64,000 bases of DNA, taken from the NCBI GenBank assembly GCA_963761305.1, contig CAVXGK010000001.1, forward strand, positions 1,088,001 through 1,152,000. Reading direction: 5' to 3'. The notes below the pieces were generated by a model. The model searched no databases, was not told the origin of the DNA, and saw only the letters and a list, made by a program, of their open reading frames with translations. The translations under genes were made by a program, and so were the position numbers. Source of the DNA: an uncultured Gemmatimonadaceae bacterium. GTDB lineage: Bacteria; Gemmatimonadota; Gemmatimonadetes; Gemmatimonadales; Gemmatimonadaceae. Below are positions 9,591-19,132 of the stretch, piece by piece; positions within the stretch are counted from its first letter, which is position 1; every line of letters starts with the position of its first letter.

Positions 9591-10511
9591 ATGTCGTTGA
9601 CCGTCCACCTGCTCGGGACCTCCGCGTCGCGACCCACCGTCGAACGCAACGTCGCCTCACTCGCCGTCCACCGCGAAGGCGAAACGTTGATGTTCGATTG
9701 CGGCGAAGGCACCCAACGTCAGATGATGCGGTACGGCATCTCGTTCGCCCTCCAAGACATCTTCTTTACTCACATGCACGCCGATCACCTGCTCGGCGTC
9801 ATCGGACTGATTCGCACGATGGCCCTTCAGGGTCGGACCGACCCACTCCGACTCTGGGGTCCAAAAGGCACCGCCAGAGTTCTCAAACGCGTGGAGGGAC
9901 TCGGGTTCGAGCGCGCCACGTTTCCCGTCGACATCAACGAACTTGCAGATGGTCAGCACATTGACCGCATGGGTTACGCCATCAGAGCCTTCGCGGTCGA
10001 TCATCGCGGTGCGATGTCCATCGGCTTCGCGATCGTCGAAGAAGAACGCAAAGGACGTTTCAATCCGGACAAAGCGCGCGAGCTAGGAATACCCGAAGGA
10101 CCGCTCTGGGGAAGATTGCATCGCGGCTTATCCATAACATTGGACGATGGTCGTACAGTCGAGTCGTCGGACCTCGTCGGAGCGAAACGGTCAGGCCGAA
10201 CCGTCGTGATCACCGGCGACACGCGACCCTGCGGCGCGACCATCGAAGCGTCGAAGGGCGCGGACCTCCTGGTTCACGAAGCGACGTTCGGTGACGAGGA
10301 GGCCGAGCGCGCGATCGAGACCGGCCACTCCACGGCGCGTGAAGCGGCGCAGATAGCCGGCGAGGCGGGGGTGCGGCGCCTCGTGCTCACACATTTCTCG
10401 GCACGATACTCGAGAGACGCGGCGGAGCTGGAGCAGCAGGCCCGATCGCTGTTTCCCGCGACGGTCATCGGGAAAGACGGAATGGAGATCGACGTCCCAT
10501 TCCGCGAGTGA
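9591..10511 (+). CDS. rnz: Ribonuclease Z
   Basis: LLGTSASRPT, FDCGEGTQRQ, THMHADH, GP-rich exosite arm, GDTRPC, LVHEATF, LTHFSARY. Confidence 0.95.
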   Translation: MSLTVHLLGTSASRPTVERNVASLAVHREGETLMFDCGEGTQRQMMRYGISFALQDIFFTHMHADHLLGVIGLIRTMALQGRTDPLRLWGPKGTARVLKRVEGLGFERATFPVDINELADGQHIDRMGYAIRAFAVDHRGAMSIGFAIVEEERKGRFNPDKARELGIPEGPLWGRLHRGLSITLDDGRTVESSDLVGAKRSGRTVVITGDTRPCGATIEASKGADLLVHEATFGDEEAERAIETGHSTAREAAQIAGEAGVRRLVLTHFSARYSRDAAELEQQARSLFPATVIGKDGMEIDVPFRE

Positions 10512-10514
10512 AGG

Positions 10515-10811
10515 TCAGCCGAGCAGCGTGCTTCGGCCCATGATCGGATCCGGTCGCGAGACCTTCATCGACCGCCGGTACAGCCGCGCCAGATCGTCAT
10601 CGGTCAGGGATTCGAGCACTTTCGCGCGCACCAGCCGCGACGTCACGCTCCGCGCTTCGGGCCCGTTGCTGATGTACCACGCGTAGCGATCCGTCTGCCC
10701 GCTCTTCCCGCCGGGGTGGTAGAACAGCACCATCGCGTTGCTCGATCCCGGGAGATCCACGTCGACGATCCAGAGGATGCCGTCGGGGGAGCGCCACGTC
10801 CTTGTGCGCAT
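10515..10811 (-). CDS. Hypothetical protein
   Basis: 98-aa ORF filling the gap between genes, with coding-like composition. Confidence 0.6.
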   Translation of the reverse strand: MRTRTWRSPDGILWIVDVDLPGSSNAMVLFYHPGGKSGQTDRYAWYISNGPEARSVTSRLVRAKVLESLTDDDLARLYRRSMKVSRPDPIMGRSTLLG

Positions 10812-10868
10812 TTCTGATATTGGTGTTTTTGGATTCTCGCCGCGCGGCGATCGCGCGGGTCGAACGGT

Positions 10869-11270
10869 TCAGACGGCGACGGCGGGTGCGAGCGGCTGAC
10901 GTCCGGCGTAGCCGGCATCGAGCTCGTGCCAGAATTGAACCTGGGGCTCGCCGAGGTGCCAACACAAGAGCACCACGCGTCCGTCGTAGTCGCTGGGAAA
11001 ATCCACCAGGCCGAGTCGCGGATCCTTGAGCTGAATGCCGAGCTCCTCGAGCTCGCGCTGATACCCATCGAGCTCACGGGCGTAGGCCTGGGCCTGACGC
11101 TCGAGCTGGTCGGCGCGATTGCGCGAATCCTCGGCGCGGTTGGTCGACGCGACGAGATCCAGCTCGAGGATCGTCTCACGCCATTTGCGGTGCTGCCGCA
11201 CGACGTCTTCGACGATCTTGCGAACCAATGGGAGGGTTCGATTAGCCTGGTCGACCGTGAACAGTTGCAT
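10869..11270 (-). CDS. DUF2203 family protein
   Basis: FTVDQANRTLP and GLVDFP...VLLCWHLGEP...FWHELDAGYAGRQP. Confidence 0.85.
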   Translation of the reverse strand: MQLFTVDQANRTLPLVRKIVEDVVRQHRKWRETILELDLVASTNRAEDSRNRADQLERQAQAYARELDGYQRELEELGIQLKDPRLGLVDFPSDYDGRVVLLCWHLGEPQVQFWHELDAGYAGRQPLAPAVAV

Positions 11271-11284
11271 GTCTTCCGTTCGTT

Positions 11285-11791
11285 CTACCCGTCCGAGACC
11301 GCGTGTTCGTTCGTGCGCGCTTCCTCTTCCCGTTCTTCCAACCGCCGTCGCCGCCGCTCCTTGGCGGCCGCCCAGCGCCGCTTTTCGTCCGCCGTTTCCG
11401 GGGCGAGGGCCGGCACTTCGATGGGACGACCGTTCCGGTCCACGGCAACGAACGTGAGGTAGCACGAGTTCGTGTGCCGTCGCCGACCCGTCAGCAGGTC
11501 CTCGGCTTCAACGCGGACGCCCACTTCCATCGAGGTTCGCCCAACCCAGTTGACGCTCGCTTTCATTACCAACAGGTCGCCGAGGTGAATTGGTTCGCGA
11601 AAGTCGACGCGGTCGATCGACGCCGTGACGACCGCCGCCCGGCTGTGTCTGAACGCGGCGATCGCCGCCGTCTTGTCCATCATCGAAAGAACCACGCCGC
11701 CGAACACGTGGCCCATGTTGTTCGCGTGCTGCGGCAACATGAGCTCGGAGGATTCGTGCCGGCTTTCGTGTACGGCTTTGGACTGGGTCAT
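11285..11791 (-). CDS. Acyl-CoA thioesterase (hotdog fold)
   Basis: PQHANNMGHVFGG, VVTASIDRVDFREPI, GRTSMEVGV, YLTFVAVD. Confidence 0.92.
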   Translation of the reverse strand: MTQSKAVHESRHESSELMLPQHANNMGHVFGGVVLSMMDKTAAIAAFRHSRAAVVTASIDRVDFREPIHLGDLLVMKASVNWVGRTSMEVGVRVEAEDLLTGRRRHTNSCYLTFVAVDRNGRPIEVPALAPETADEKRRWAAAKERRRRRLEEREEEARTNEHAVSDG

Positions 11792-12977
11792 GGCGAGCGA
11801 ACTGGAGGTTCCCACCGGCGAGCATGGCAACGTGGGGCGGTTCACCATACATCGACGCCGCGTTGAAGGCGCGCAGGAGAGCCCGGCGGTCGTCCACGCT
11901 GACCGGAGGACGATCGAGCCAGTCCACGCGATGCACCGGCGCTCCGATCGAGGCTAGCGGCCACTCCCGCTTCGTGCTGTCGGCGACCGACAGCTGAGCC
12001 AACCCGCCGCTCGTATCATACCGCGCGATAACGCGATAGCGATCGCCATCCCAGTGGTCGCCGCCGCTCGAATCCGTCGTCGCGCGTGCCGACACCGGAT
12101 CGGGAGACCAGTTGGCGGAATCCGCGGTCACCGGATCGAGCTCGAGACCGTTCCCCTCCGGCCCGTCACCCCGGCCGGTGATGTGGAACGCGATCGCCGG
12201 ACGCCCGCCGACCGACGTGATGGAGAAGCTGCGTTCGTCGAACCCCTCGCGCGCGATCGCCGCGGCGGCGCGACGTTCGTCCGGCCCCAGCGACGACGCC
12301 ACACTCGCCACCGAGTCACGCATCATCGCGTAGACGCGGCGGCCGGCCGCGATGACCCGCGTCGCCTCGGCGGCGCCGAACAGATCGCCGACCGCCGCCG
12401 GTTTGCCCGAACGCAGGTCGACCACACCGCGGCGCGTCGTGTGCCACGGGTTCATGCCGCGGGAGCTGACGTCGAGACGGTACTCATATGAGAGGAACGG
12501 GCCGTAGATGTCGACGATGTCCAACTCGGCCGTCGCCTGTTGGCTCGGATCGCTCTGGCCGTCCTCGTCGGGCGTGAGCGGCTTCTCGTCGGGATGGCCG
12601 CGCGCGTACGCCTCCGCCATGCGAGGCACCACCGTGTCGGCAAAGACGAGCGAACTGTCGCCCGTCAGGAGGTCGCGCCGATAAAGGAATTGCCCGACCA
12701 GCAGCGCATCGTTGAACGAGCGATCGTCGTCGGCGCTGTACACCTCGAACCATCGCCCACCGTAGCGGGCGAGCACCAGCGGCTCGCCGCGCACGCTCGG
12801 GCGTCCCCCCTCCATTGTCGAGACCCAGTACGTCGAGTCGTTGCCGATCACCAGAAACTCGGCGCGCGGCGGCGGATCGCGCAGGGCGTCGGGCTTGGCG
12901 TGCGAGCCGCAGCCGGCCGCTGAGACGAGCGCCGCCGTGACCCAGTGGCGAAGCGCGAGACGGGAGGGTCTGTGCAT
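11508..12977 (-). CDS. Hypothetical lipoprotein; 3' end overlaps the thioesterase gene
   Basis: Lipobox SAAGC; long coding-like ORF. Confidence 0.7.
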   Translation of the reverse strand: MHRPSRLALRHWVTAALVSAAGCGSHAKPDALRDPPPRAEFLVIGNDSTYWVSTMEGGRPSVRGEPLVLARYGGRWFEVYSADDDRSFNDALLVGQFLYRRDLLTGDSSLVFADTVVPRMAEAYARGHPDEKPLTPDEDGQSDPSQQATAELDIVDIYGPFLSYEYRLDVSSRGMNPWHTTRRGVVDLRSGKPAAVGDLFGAAEATRVIAAGRRVYAMMRDSVASVASSLGPDERRAAAAIAREGFDERSFSITSVGGRPAIAFHITGRGDGPEGNGLELDPVTADSANWSPDPVSARATTDSSGGDHWDGDRYRVIARYDTSGGLAQLSVADSTKREWPLASIGAPVHRVDWLDRPPVSVDDRRALLRAFNAASMYGEPPHVAMLAGGNLQFARHDPVQSRTRKPARILRAHVAAAREQHGPRVRRRGSFDDGQDGGDRRVQTQPGGGRHGVDRPRRLSRTNSPRRPVGNESERQLGWANLDGSGRPR

Positions 12978-13074
12978 CTTACAGGAGAATATACGGACGG
13001 AGTGCGGGTTCGATCGTCTCGTACGGACTACGGTCGCGCCGTACTCGTCACGATCGCCGGTCAGAGCAATGGAC

Positions 13075-13190
13075 ACGCAGATGCCGCGGATCTGAAAGGC
13101 AATGCCGCAGATGAAAGGCGAAATCTTTGTCGCGACGACCCCATTTTTTCATCTGCGGCAATTGTTTTTTGTGTCTGCGGCATCTGCGTT
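13075..13190. repeat. REPIN-like palindrome, ACGCAGATGCCGCRGAT family (solo copy)
   Basis: ACGCAGATGCCGCGGAT...GCCGCAGATGAAA / TTTCATCTGCGGC...TCTGCGGCATCTGCGT. Confidence 0.9.
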
Positions 13191-13238
13191 CCCTTTTTTC
13201 AAGCACTGGTAGTGACTCGAAGGCCAACTAGGCCAACC

Positions 13239-14327
13239 ATGAATCCGATTCGTTTCATTCCGGTCTGCGGCATTTTCGCGACGAGCTTCCTCGCGATGGA
13301 GATCCACGCGCAGCAGCCGTCGGGTCCGCCCGTCGTACGCGCGCTCTACGTGAACCGATGGGCCGCGCAGAGCAAGAAGAAGATGGCCAAGCTGATCGCC
13401 ATCGCCGACACGACGGAGATCAACGCGCTCGTCATCGACATGAAAGACGAGTTCGGGCTCAACTACGCGACGAAGAATCCCGACTTCGCCAAGAATGCCG
13501 GCTCGTCCAGCAAGGCGAACGTCGTCGCGCTGCTCGACACGCTCAAGGCGCACAAGATCTTTCCCATCGCGCGCATCGTCGTGTTCAAGGATTCCGTCAC
13601 GGCGCGCGTCCACCCCGAGTGGACCATCCGCAAGACCGACGGCTCGGTGTGGCGCGACAAGAAAGGCCTCGCGTGGGTGAATCCGTACCACCACGAGCTG
13701 TGGGACTACAACATCGGCGTGGCCGAAGAGCTGGTGAAGCTCGGCTTCGGCGAGATTCAGTTCGACTACATCCGATTCCCCGAGCCCTATCCGAGTCTGC
13801 CGAAGCAGGTCTTCCCCGACTCGAAGGACGTCCCGAAACCCGACGCGCTGGCGGCTTACCTCAAGGAGGCGCGGACGCGTCTCAACAAGCTCGGCGCGCG
13901 CTCGACGGCCGACATCTTCGGCCTGGTCACCACGGTGCAGGGACCACTCGAGGTCGGACAGGATTGGGAGAAGCTCGCGCCCAACACCGACGTGCTGCTG
14001 CCGATGGTGTATCCGTCGCACTATCCGCACGGCTCGTTCAACATCCCGTCGCCGAACGCCGAACCATACAAGGTGATCACGACGGCGATCAAGCGGGCGC
14101 GCGAGCGCGATGAGAAGCTCGGCATCAAAGAACAGGAACACGTCCGCCCGTGGCTGCAGGCGTTCACCTTGGGCAAGCCGCCGTACGGCGCCGAACAGCT
14201 GCGCGACGAGAAAAAAGCGGTGTACGACTCCGGGTACCAGGGATGGGTGATGTGGAACCCGGGCTCGAGCTACGACATCTACGTACCGGCGCTCGAGAAG
14301 AAGGCGATCGCGATTCGAAAGAAGTAG
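13239..14327 (+). CDS. Putative glycoside hydrolase (DUF4015 family)
   Basis: NALVIDMKD, IARIVVFKD, GFGEIQFDYIRFP, PMVYPSHY, RPWLQAF. Confidence 0.85.
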   Translation: MNPIRFIPVCGIFATSFLAMEIHAQQPSGPPVVRALYVNRWAAQSKKKMAKLIAIADTTEINALVIDMKDEFGLNYATKNPDFAKNAGSSSKANVVALLDTLKAHKIFPIARIVVFKDSVTARVHPEWTIRKTDGSVWRDKKGLAWVNPYHHELWDYNIGVAEELVKLGFGEIQFDYIRFPEPYPSLPKQVFPDSKDVPKPDALAAYLKEARTRLNKLGARSTADIFGLVTTVQGPLEVGQDWEKLAPNTDVLLPMVYPSHYPHGSFNIPSPNAEPYKVITTAIKRARERDEKLGIKEQEHVRPWLQAFTLGKPPYGAEQLRDEKKAVYDSGYQGWVMWNPGSSYDIYVPALEKKAIAIRKK

Positions 14328-14330
14328 CGG

Positions 14331-16067
14331 CTACGGCGCGCCGACTCTCAGGACGATCGGCACGACCATGATGTCGCTCGTCCAGCGAGCGATGCCGCCT
14401 TCGCCGCGTGCGCCGTGGTGCGACGCACGAAACATCATCGGTTGATCGAGCGCGGCGCCGCAGACGACAAAGCTCCCGTCGGCTCCCGTTTCGCCGGAGC
14501 GGCGCACGGAACGCGCCAGCGTGTCGCCGGCGACCACCTGCTGCAACGTCTCCAGCTCCACGTGCGCGCCCGTGACGTGGGCGCCTGTCGTGTCGACCAC
14601 CAAACCGATCGCCACACCCATACCGGCGATGTACTTCCCGCCAGGGCAAACGGCGCGAAGCGCGTCGGCGCGCGGGTACATCCTGACGACGTCGGCGTCG
14701 ATGTCGCTCGTTGGACTTCGGTCGTCGGACACGCGTACAGCCTTCGCTGGAGTCTGGTTGATGCCGCCGGCGGCGAGAATGCTGTCCGCGGCGAAGAGTG
14801 TGAACAAACCGCCGCCCATCGGACGCGGCAGCCGGAACACGCCCATGCTGTCCGTCACCACTGTGTCGGGTAGGCCGCTCAGCCACACGCGCGCGCCCTC
14901 GATCACCTGGCCGTGCAGATCGGCCACGACCCCTTGGATCGAGGAGAGTCGCGGAGCCCAAGTCGTGCCGTCGGACCAGCTGACCCCGCGCGCCTCGGCG
15001 CCGAGCAGCTGGTAACCGAGCACGCGGAAACGGCTGCGCTGCGGGCGGGGCGGCAGGCTGTGGCGCACGCCTTCCGGCGAAACGCCGCTTTCGTCCGTGG
15101 CGATGATCGGCGAATGAATCGTCCAACGCACGACCATCGGCACGCCGGTCGGCATCAATTGGAAGAAAACGTTTCCGCCGATGCCGTCCCGCACTCTCTC
15201 CACGTTCGTGTACTCGAAGTCGAGCGTGCGCAAGTCCAGCGTCTTGGCGTCGAGCCACAGCGTTCCGTGAATGTCGACGAGGCTGTCCCGCTCGGGATCC
15301 ACCGGCTCGAAGCCGATCCCCACCTGGCCGGCATGCGGAGGATCGGCGGCGACGACGCGCAAGCAGTGCGACCCCGCGAACGCCGGGTCGAGCAACACCG
15401 ACTCATCGGGCGCGAAATATTCGCGCTCGCCGTCGGCGTGCTCGATCAGATATCCGTCCGCGTCGAACGCCGACGCCGAGCGAGCGGCCATGAACGGTTG
15501 ATCGCCGGTGAGGTCCTTGATCCAGGAGGTGTCGTCGACGACGCGCCGGCGCACAGGGTCGCGCTCGACCCGGAAATAACGAAGCCTGAGATTCGGCGGT
15601 CTCGCATCGCGCGCGACGACGCTCGCGAAGAATCCCGTGCGGGCCTGCTCCCACAGGTCGAGCGCCTGGGTGTTTCCGGTCTCGCCGGGGCAAACGCGCT
15701 TTCCCGAGCTCGTCACGACGGACAACTGCGACGCGATCTGGCGCATCCGCAGGTCGAGCCCATCGTCGCGGGCCGGAACGACCGCGTCGATCGGACGATA
15801 CCCGATGCGAACGACGTGCACGAGCTTCGACCCGTCGAACCGCGGCACGTCGAAATGCCCATCGCTCCCGACGATGCCGCGCGCGAGAAATTTTCCGGCC
15901 GAGTCGGAGATCGAGACGACTGCTCCGGGGATCGGTTCGTGCGTCGAGCTGTCCGTGAGCGTCCCGCGCAGGCGCTGGGCGAGCGCGGGACTCGTCGTCG
16001 CCAACAGGGCGATCGCGGCGGCAACGACGACCTGGCTACCCACGGCCTGCCGCGATGGCGCGGACAC
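14331..16067 (-). CDS. Secreted protein with carboxypeptidase-regulatory-like domains
   Basis: Signal peptide; repeated G-x-V-x-D...P-I-x-G-A-x-V modules; RIGYRP. Confidence 0.75.
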   Translation of the reverse strand: MSAPSRQAVGSQVVVAAAIALLATTSPALAQRLRGTLTDSSTHEPIPGAVVSISDSAGKFLARGIVGSDGHFDVPRFDGSKLVHVVRIGYRPIDAVVPARDDGLDLRMRQIASQLSVVTSSGKRVCPGETGNTQALDLWEQARTGFFASVVARDARPPNLRLRYFRVERDPVRRRVVDDTSWIKDLTGDQPFMAARSASAFDADGYLIEHADGEREYFAPDESVLLDPAFAGSHCLRVVAADPPHAGQVGIGFEPVDPERDSLVDIHGTLWLDAKTLDLRTLDFEYTNVERVRDGIGGNVFFQLMPTGVPMVVRWTIHSPIIATDESGVSPEGVRHSLPPRPQRSRFRVLGYQLLGAEARGVSWSDGTTWAPRLSSIQGVVADLHGQVIEGARVWLSGLPDTVVTDSMGVFRLPRPMGGGLFTLFAADSILAAGGINQTPAKAVRVSDDRSPTSDIDADVVRMYPRADALRAVCPGGKYIAGMGVAIGLVVDTTGAHVTGAHVELETLQQVVAGDTLARSVRRSGETGADGSFVVCGAALDQPMMFRASHHGARGEGGIARWTSDIMVVPIVLRVGAP

Positions 16068-17301
16068 CGTCGATCAAGCGATCGATTTCTTCTTCCGTCG
16101 TGTAGCACGCGCAGCCCGCGCGAACGAAGCCGCCGGCGCCGACCCCGTATCGCTCGGCGATCGTGGCCGCGTAAAAGTCGCCGTTCGACACGAACACGGC
16201 GCGGCGCGCCAGTCGCTCGGCCACATAGTCGGTCGAACGGCCTTGGAGCGTGAACGACAACGTCGGCATGCGCAGATGGCTCGGTTCGGGACCGTACAAG
16301 CGGACGCCATCTATATCCTGGAGCGAGTACCAGAGTTTCTCGAACAGCTTGGTGTTGCGCGCCTCGAGCGCGCGCAACGACTGCACCACGCCGTCGCGCC
16401 GAGAGGCTGCATTCACGGCGAGCGACGCGATGAAGTCCACCGCCGCCGCCGCGCCGACGATCGCCTCGTGATTCTGCGTGCCCGTCTCGAGGCGCTCGGG
16501 CGATTCCTGCGGCGCCGGCTCGAGCCGCGGCGCATCGAGCGCTTCGATCGCCGCACGCTTGCCCCAGAGCACGCCGATGTGCGGACCGTAAAATTTGTAC
16601 GCCGACATAGCGACGAAGTCGCAGTCGAAGAGCTTCACGTCTACGGCGCGGTGCGGCGCGTAGTGAACCGCGTCGACGAACACGCGCACGTTCGGCGACG
16701 CGGCGCGAGCGAGCCTGGACGCCTGGTTGATGCCGTTCATGGTGCCGAGCGCGTTCGATGCGGCGAAGACGGCGACCACCTTCGTCCGCGGGCTGAGCAG
16801 GCTCCGGTAGTGATCCCAGTCCAGCGTGCCGTCCTCGAGATTCATCCGCGCCATGTGAACGGTGACACCGCGCTCTTTTTCGAGCGCGCGCCACGGCGCG
16901 ACGTTGCCGTGGTGATCCAGCTCGGTGAGGACGATTTCGTCGCCCTTGCCCAGCTCGCGCCCGATGGCGCGCGCGAGGTGGAAGGTGAGCGTCGTCATGT
17001 TCTGGCCGAACACGATCTCGTCGGGGCGGCCGACCACGAAATCGGCGAGCGCCTCGCGCGAGCGCGCGATCAGCTCGTCGGTCTCTTCGCTCGACGGGTA
17101 GCGCCAGTGCGTGTTGGCGTTGTGATGGAAGAGATAGTCGTCCATCGCGGCGACGACCGAGCGCGGGACCTGCGTGCCGCCCGGTCCGTCGAAGTACGCG
17201 ACAGGGTTTCCAGCGTGCGTCCGCTCCAACGCCGGAAAATGCGAACGAATCTCGTCGACGCCCACGGCGCTGGCCGGGTCCAATCCGGCGACGGTCGTCA
17301 T
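16036..17301 (-). CDS. Cysteine desulfurase-like aminotransferase class V
   Basis: YFDGPGGTQVP, LDHHGNVAPW, VDAVHYAPH, SAYKFYGPH, ETGT. Confidence 0.9.
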   Translation of the reverse strand: MTTVAGLDPASAVGVDEIRSHFPALERTHAGNPVAYFDGPGGTQVPRSVVAAMDDYLFHHNANTHWRYPSSEETDELIARSREALADFVVGRPDEIVFGQNMTTLTFHLARAIGRELGKGDEIVLTELDHHGNVAPWRALEKERGVTVHMARMNLEDGTLDWDHYRSLLSPRTKVVAVFAASNALGTMNGINQASRLARAASPNVRVFVDAVHYAPHRAVDVKLFDCDFVAMSAYKFYGPHIGVLWGKRAAIEALDAPRLEPAPQESPERLETGTQNHEAIVGAAAAVDFIASLAVNAASRRDGVVQSLRALEARNTKLFEKLWYSLQDIDGVRLYGPEPSHLRMPTLSFTLQGRSTDYVAERLARRAVFVSNGDFYAATIAERYGVGAGGFVRAGCACYTTEEEIDRLIDGVRAIAAGRG

Positions 17302-18185
17302 GCGATCTCCACGCCGGCCCACTGCTCTACCATCTTCACGGCCTCCACATGGTCGGCGACCTCGCCGAATTCGCTGCGCGCGATTCGGAAAAGATCGGCG
17401 GTCAATTGAAGAATCGGCGCCGGCGTGCGCGTGTCGCGCGCGACTTCCGCCGCGATGCCGACGTCCTTCTCGAGCAACGCGAGCCGAAACGTTCTCGGAA
17501 ACGCGCGCGTGATCACGCGCTCGGGAATCAGATTCATCGACGCGTTGGAGCGCCCGCTCGACGCGTTGATCACGTCCAGCGCGACCTTGGGATCGACGCC
17601 CATTTTCACCAGCGCCGCGAGCCCCTCGGCGGCGGCGAGAATGTGCGTCGCGAGAAACGCGTTGTTCACCGCCTTCACCGCGTCGCCGGCGCCGACGTCT
17701 CCGCAGTGGACGATCTTCTGGCCGAACGTCTCGAGCACGGGTCTCGCTCGCTCGAGAACGGCGGGGTCGCCGCCGACCATGATGGTGAGCGTCCCCTTCT
17801 CCGCCCCGCTCGTGCCGCCGCTCACCGGCGCGTCGATGTAGCCGACGTTCTTCTGCGCGAGCGAGTCGTGAATTCGTCGCGACGTCGCGGGGTCGCCGGA
17901 GGTGCAGTCTACGAGAGTGGCTCCCGTCGCGAGGCCGGCCAGCAGTCCATCCGGGCCGTCGAGGAGGCTCGCTACGTCCTGCGAGGTCGGCATGCAGGTG
18001 ACGACGACGTCGGCACCGCGCACCGCGTCAGCGGGTGTAGACGCGTGTCGCGCACCGTGCTGCTTCGCGAAATCGGCCGCCTTCGACGTCGTACGATTCC
18101 AGACGGTGAGCGGGAGCCCGGACGCCGCCACCCGCGCCGCCATCGGCCGCCCGATTGCGCCGAGCCCCAGAAAGGCGATGTTCAT
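17298..18185 (-). CDS. NAD(P)-dependent oxidoreductase, 3-hydroxyisobutyrate dehydrogenase family
   Basis: FLGLGAIG, WNRT, DAPVSGG, KAVNN. Confidence 0.9.
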   Translation of the reverse strand: MNIAFLGLGAIGRPMAARVAASGLPLTVWNRTTSKAADFAKQHGARHASTPADAVRGADVVVTCMPTSQDVASLLDGPDGLLAGLATGATLVDCTSGDPATSRRIHDSLAQKNVGYIDAPVSGGTSGAEKGTLTIMVGGDPAVLERARPVLETFGQKIVHCGDVGAGDAVKAVNNAFLATHILAAAEGLAALVKMGVDPKVALDVINASSGRSNASMNLIPERVITRAFPRTFRLALLEKDVGIAAEVARDTRTPAPILQLTADLFRIARSEFGEVADHVEAVKMVEQWAGVEIA

Positions 18186-18218
18186 CGCCAGAACTTATCA
18201 TGAGCGTATGTTTCTCGC

Positions 18219-18485
18219 ATGATCACGACCGTGAGCGTCGACGGGATGACGTGCCAACACTGCGTGCGGGCTGTGTTTACCTCCCTCGCCGCCGTGCCGG
18301 GGATCCACCGCGCGGACGTGTCCATCGGGGCGGCGTCGGTCGAGCACGACGGCACCGTCACCGTGGAACAGCTCAGGGAGGCGATCGCCGTGGCGGGGTA
18401 CGCCGTGAGGGGGGGACGGCCAGCAGGCGGGCGCTGCCGATCGCGTGAGCGGCTGACGGCTGACGGCGACGGCGGCGCGCACTGA
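18219..18485 (+). CDS. Heavy-metal-associated (CopZ-like) chaperone; possible 3' frameshift in a G7 tract
   Basis: GMTCQHC motif and AGY loop. Confidence 0.85.
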   Translation: MITTVSVDGMTCQHCVRAVFTSLAAVPGIHRADVSIGAASVEHDGTVTVEQLREAIAVAGYAVRGGRPAGGRCRSRERLTADGDGGAH

Positions 18486-18690
18486 TAGTGATCGCTGCCG
18501 GGTTGAGACTCCAGGCGGCAGCAACAGCGACAGCAATCAGAAACGGCGAACGCGCCCTGATGGCGATCGGGGTTTGGGCGAGACTCCGGGCGGCAGCTTC
18601 AGCGACAGCAGCAGGAAACGGCGAGCGCGGACTGATGGCGATCGCTTTCTGGTGAGACTCCAGGCGGTAGCGTCGGCGACAGGGTCAGGA
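18466..18690 (+). repeat. Three tandem copies of a 75-bp unit (left array)
   Basis: CTGAT at 18482/18557/18632; GAGACTCC at 18505/18580/18654. Confidence 0.9.
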
Positions 18691-19068
18691 ATTGCGGTCG
18701 GAGTCGATGCGGGTCATGTAGCCGTGGAGTAAGCGGCCGACCTCGTCGCCATCGCGTAGAAGGGCGAGCACGGTCTCGGTCTTGAGCTTACCGCGCCGGC
18801 CGAGAATCTCGATCTGCGTTGCCGCCTCCCAGAGCGATCCGCGGGAGTGGCGCAGAAAGACGAGTTGCTCGGACGCCGGCCTGCGGTGGCCTTCCGCGAT
18901 GTTTGACGGCACTGACACCGCGCATCGCCGAAGCTGGGAGACGATTCCGGCGCCCGCGCGCGCCGACAGCGAATCGCACGCGTCGAGCACGTGAACCGCA
19001 AAGTCCATGGCTCGTTGCCACACGATCAACGAGCGATATCCGCGCCCATCAAACTCGCCGAGGTCCAT
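18685..19068 (-). CDS. Four-helix-bundle protein (23S rRNA intervening-sequence protein / Avd-like family)
   Basis: YRSLIVWQRAMDF, SQLRRCAVSVPSNIAEG, FLRHSRGSLWE. Confidence 0.92.
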   Translation of the reverse strand: MDLGEFDGRGYRSLIVWQRAMDFAVHVLDACDSLSARAGAGIVSQLRRCAVSVPSNIAEGHRRPASEQLVFLRHSRGSLWEAATQIEILGRRGKLKTETVLALLRDGDEVGRLLHGYMTRIDSDRNS

Positions 19069-19132
19069 GGCCCGAGGCTAACGCGGCGCGCGGCCGCCTG
19101 CGCAACCATTTCCTTGCAGGCGGTAGGATTTT

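Noticed and set aside
12945..13238. N-terminal extensions containing ICGIC-type peptides (also at 32471 and 63205)
   Set aside because: They are translations of the palindromic repeat; better starts with signal peptides lie downstream.
18466..18690. 75-bp period resembling a CRISPR repeat-spacer array
   Set aside because: Similarity runs across the whole unit with no unique spacers, a mirror array exists on the other side, and there are no cas genes in the window.
18685..19068. Diversity-generating retroelement (Avd-like protein)
   Set aside because: No reverse transcriptase and no TR/VR pair with adenine-specific differences in the window.
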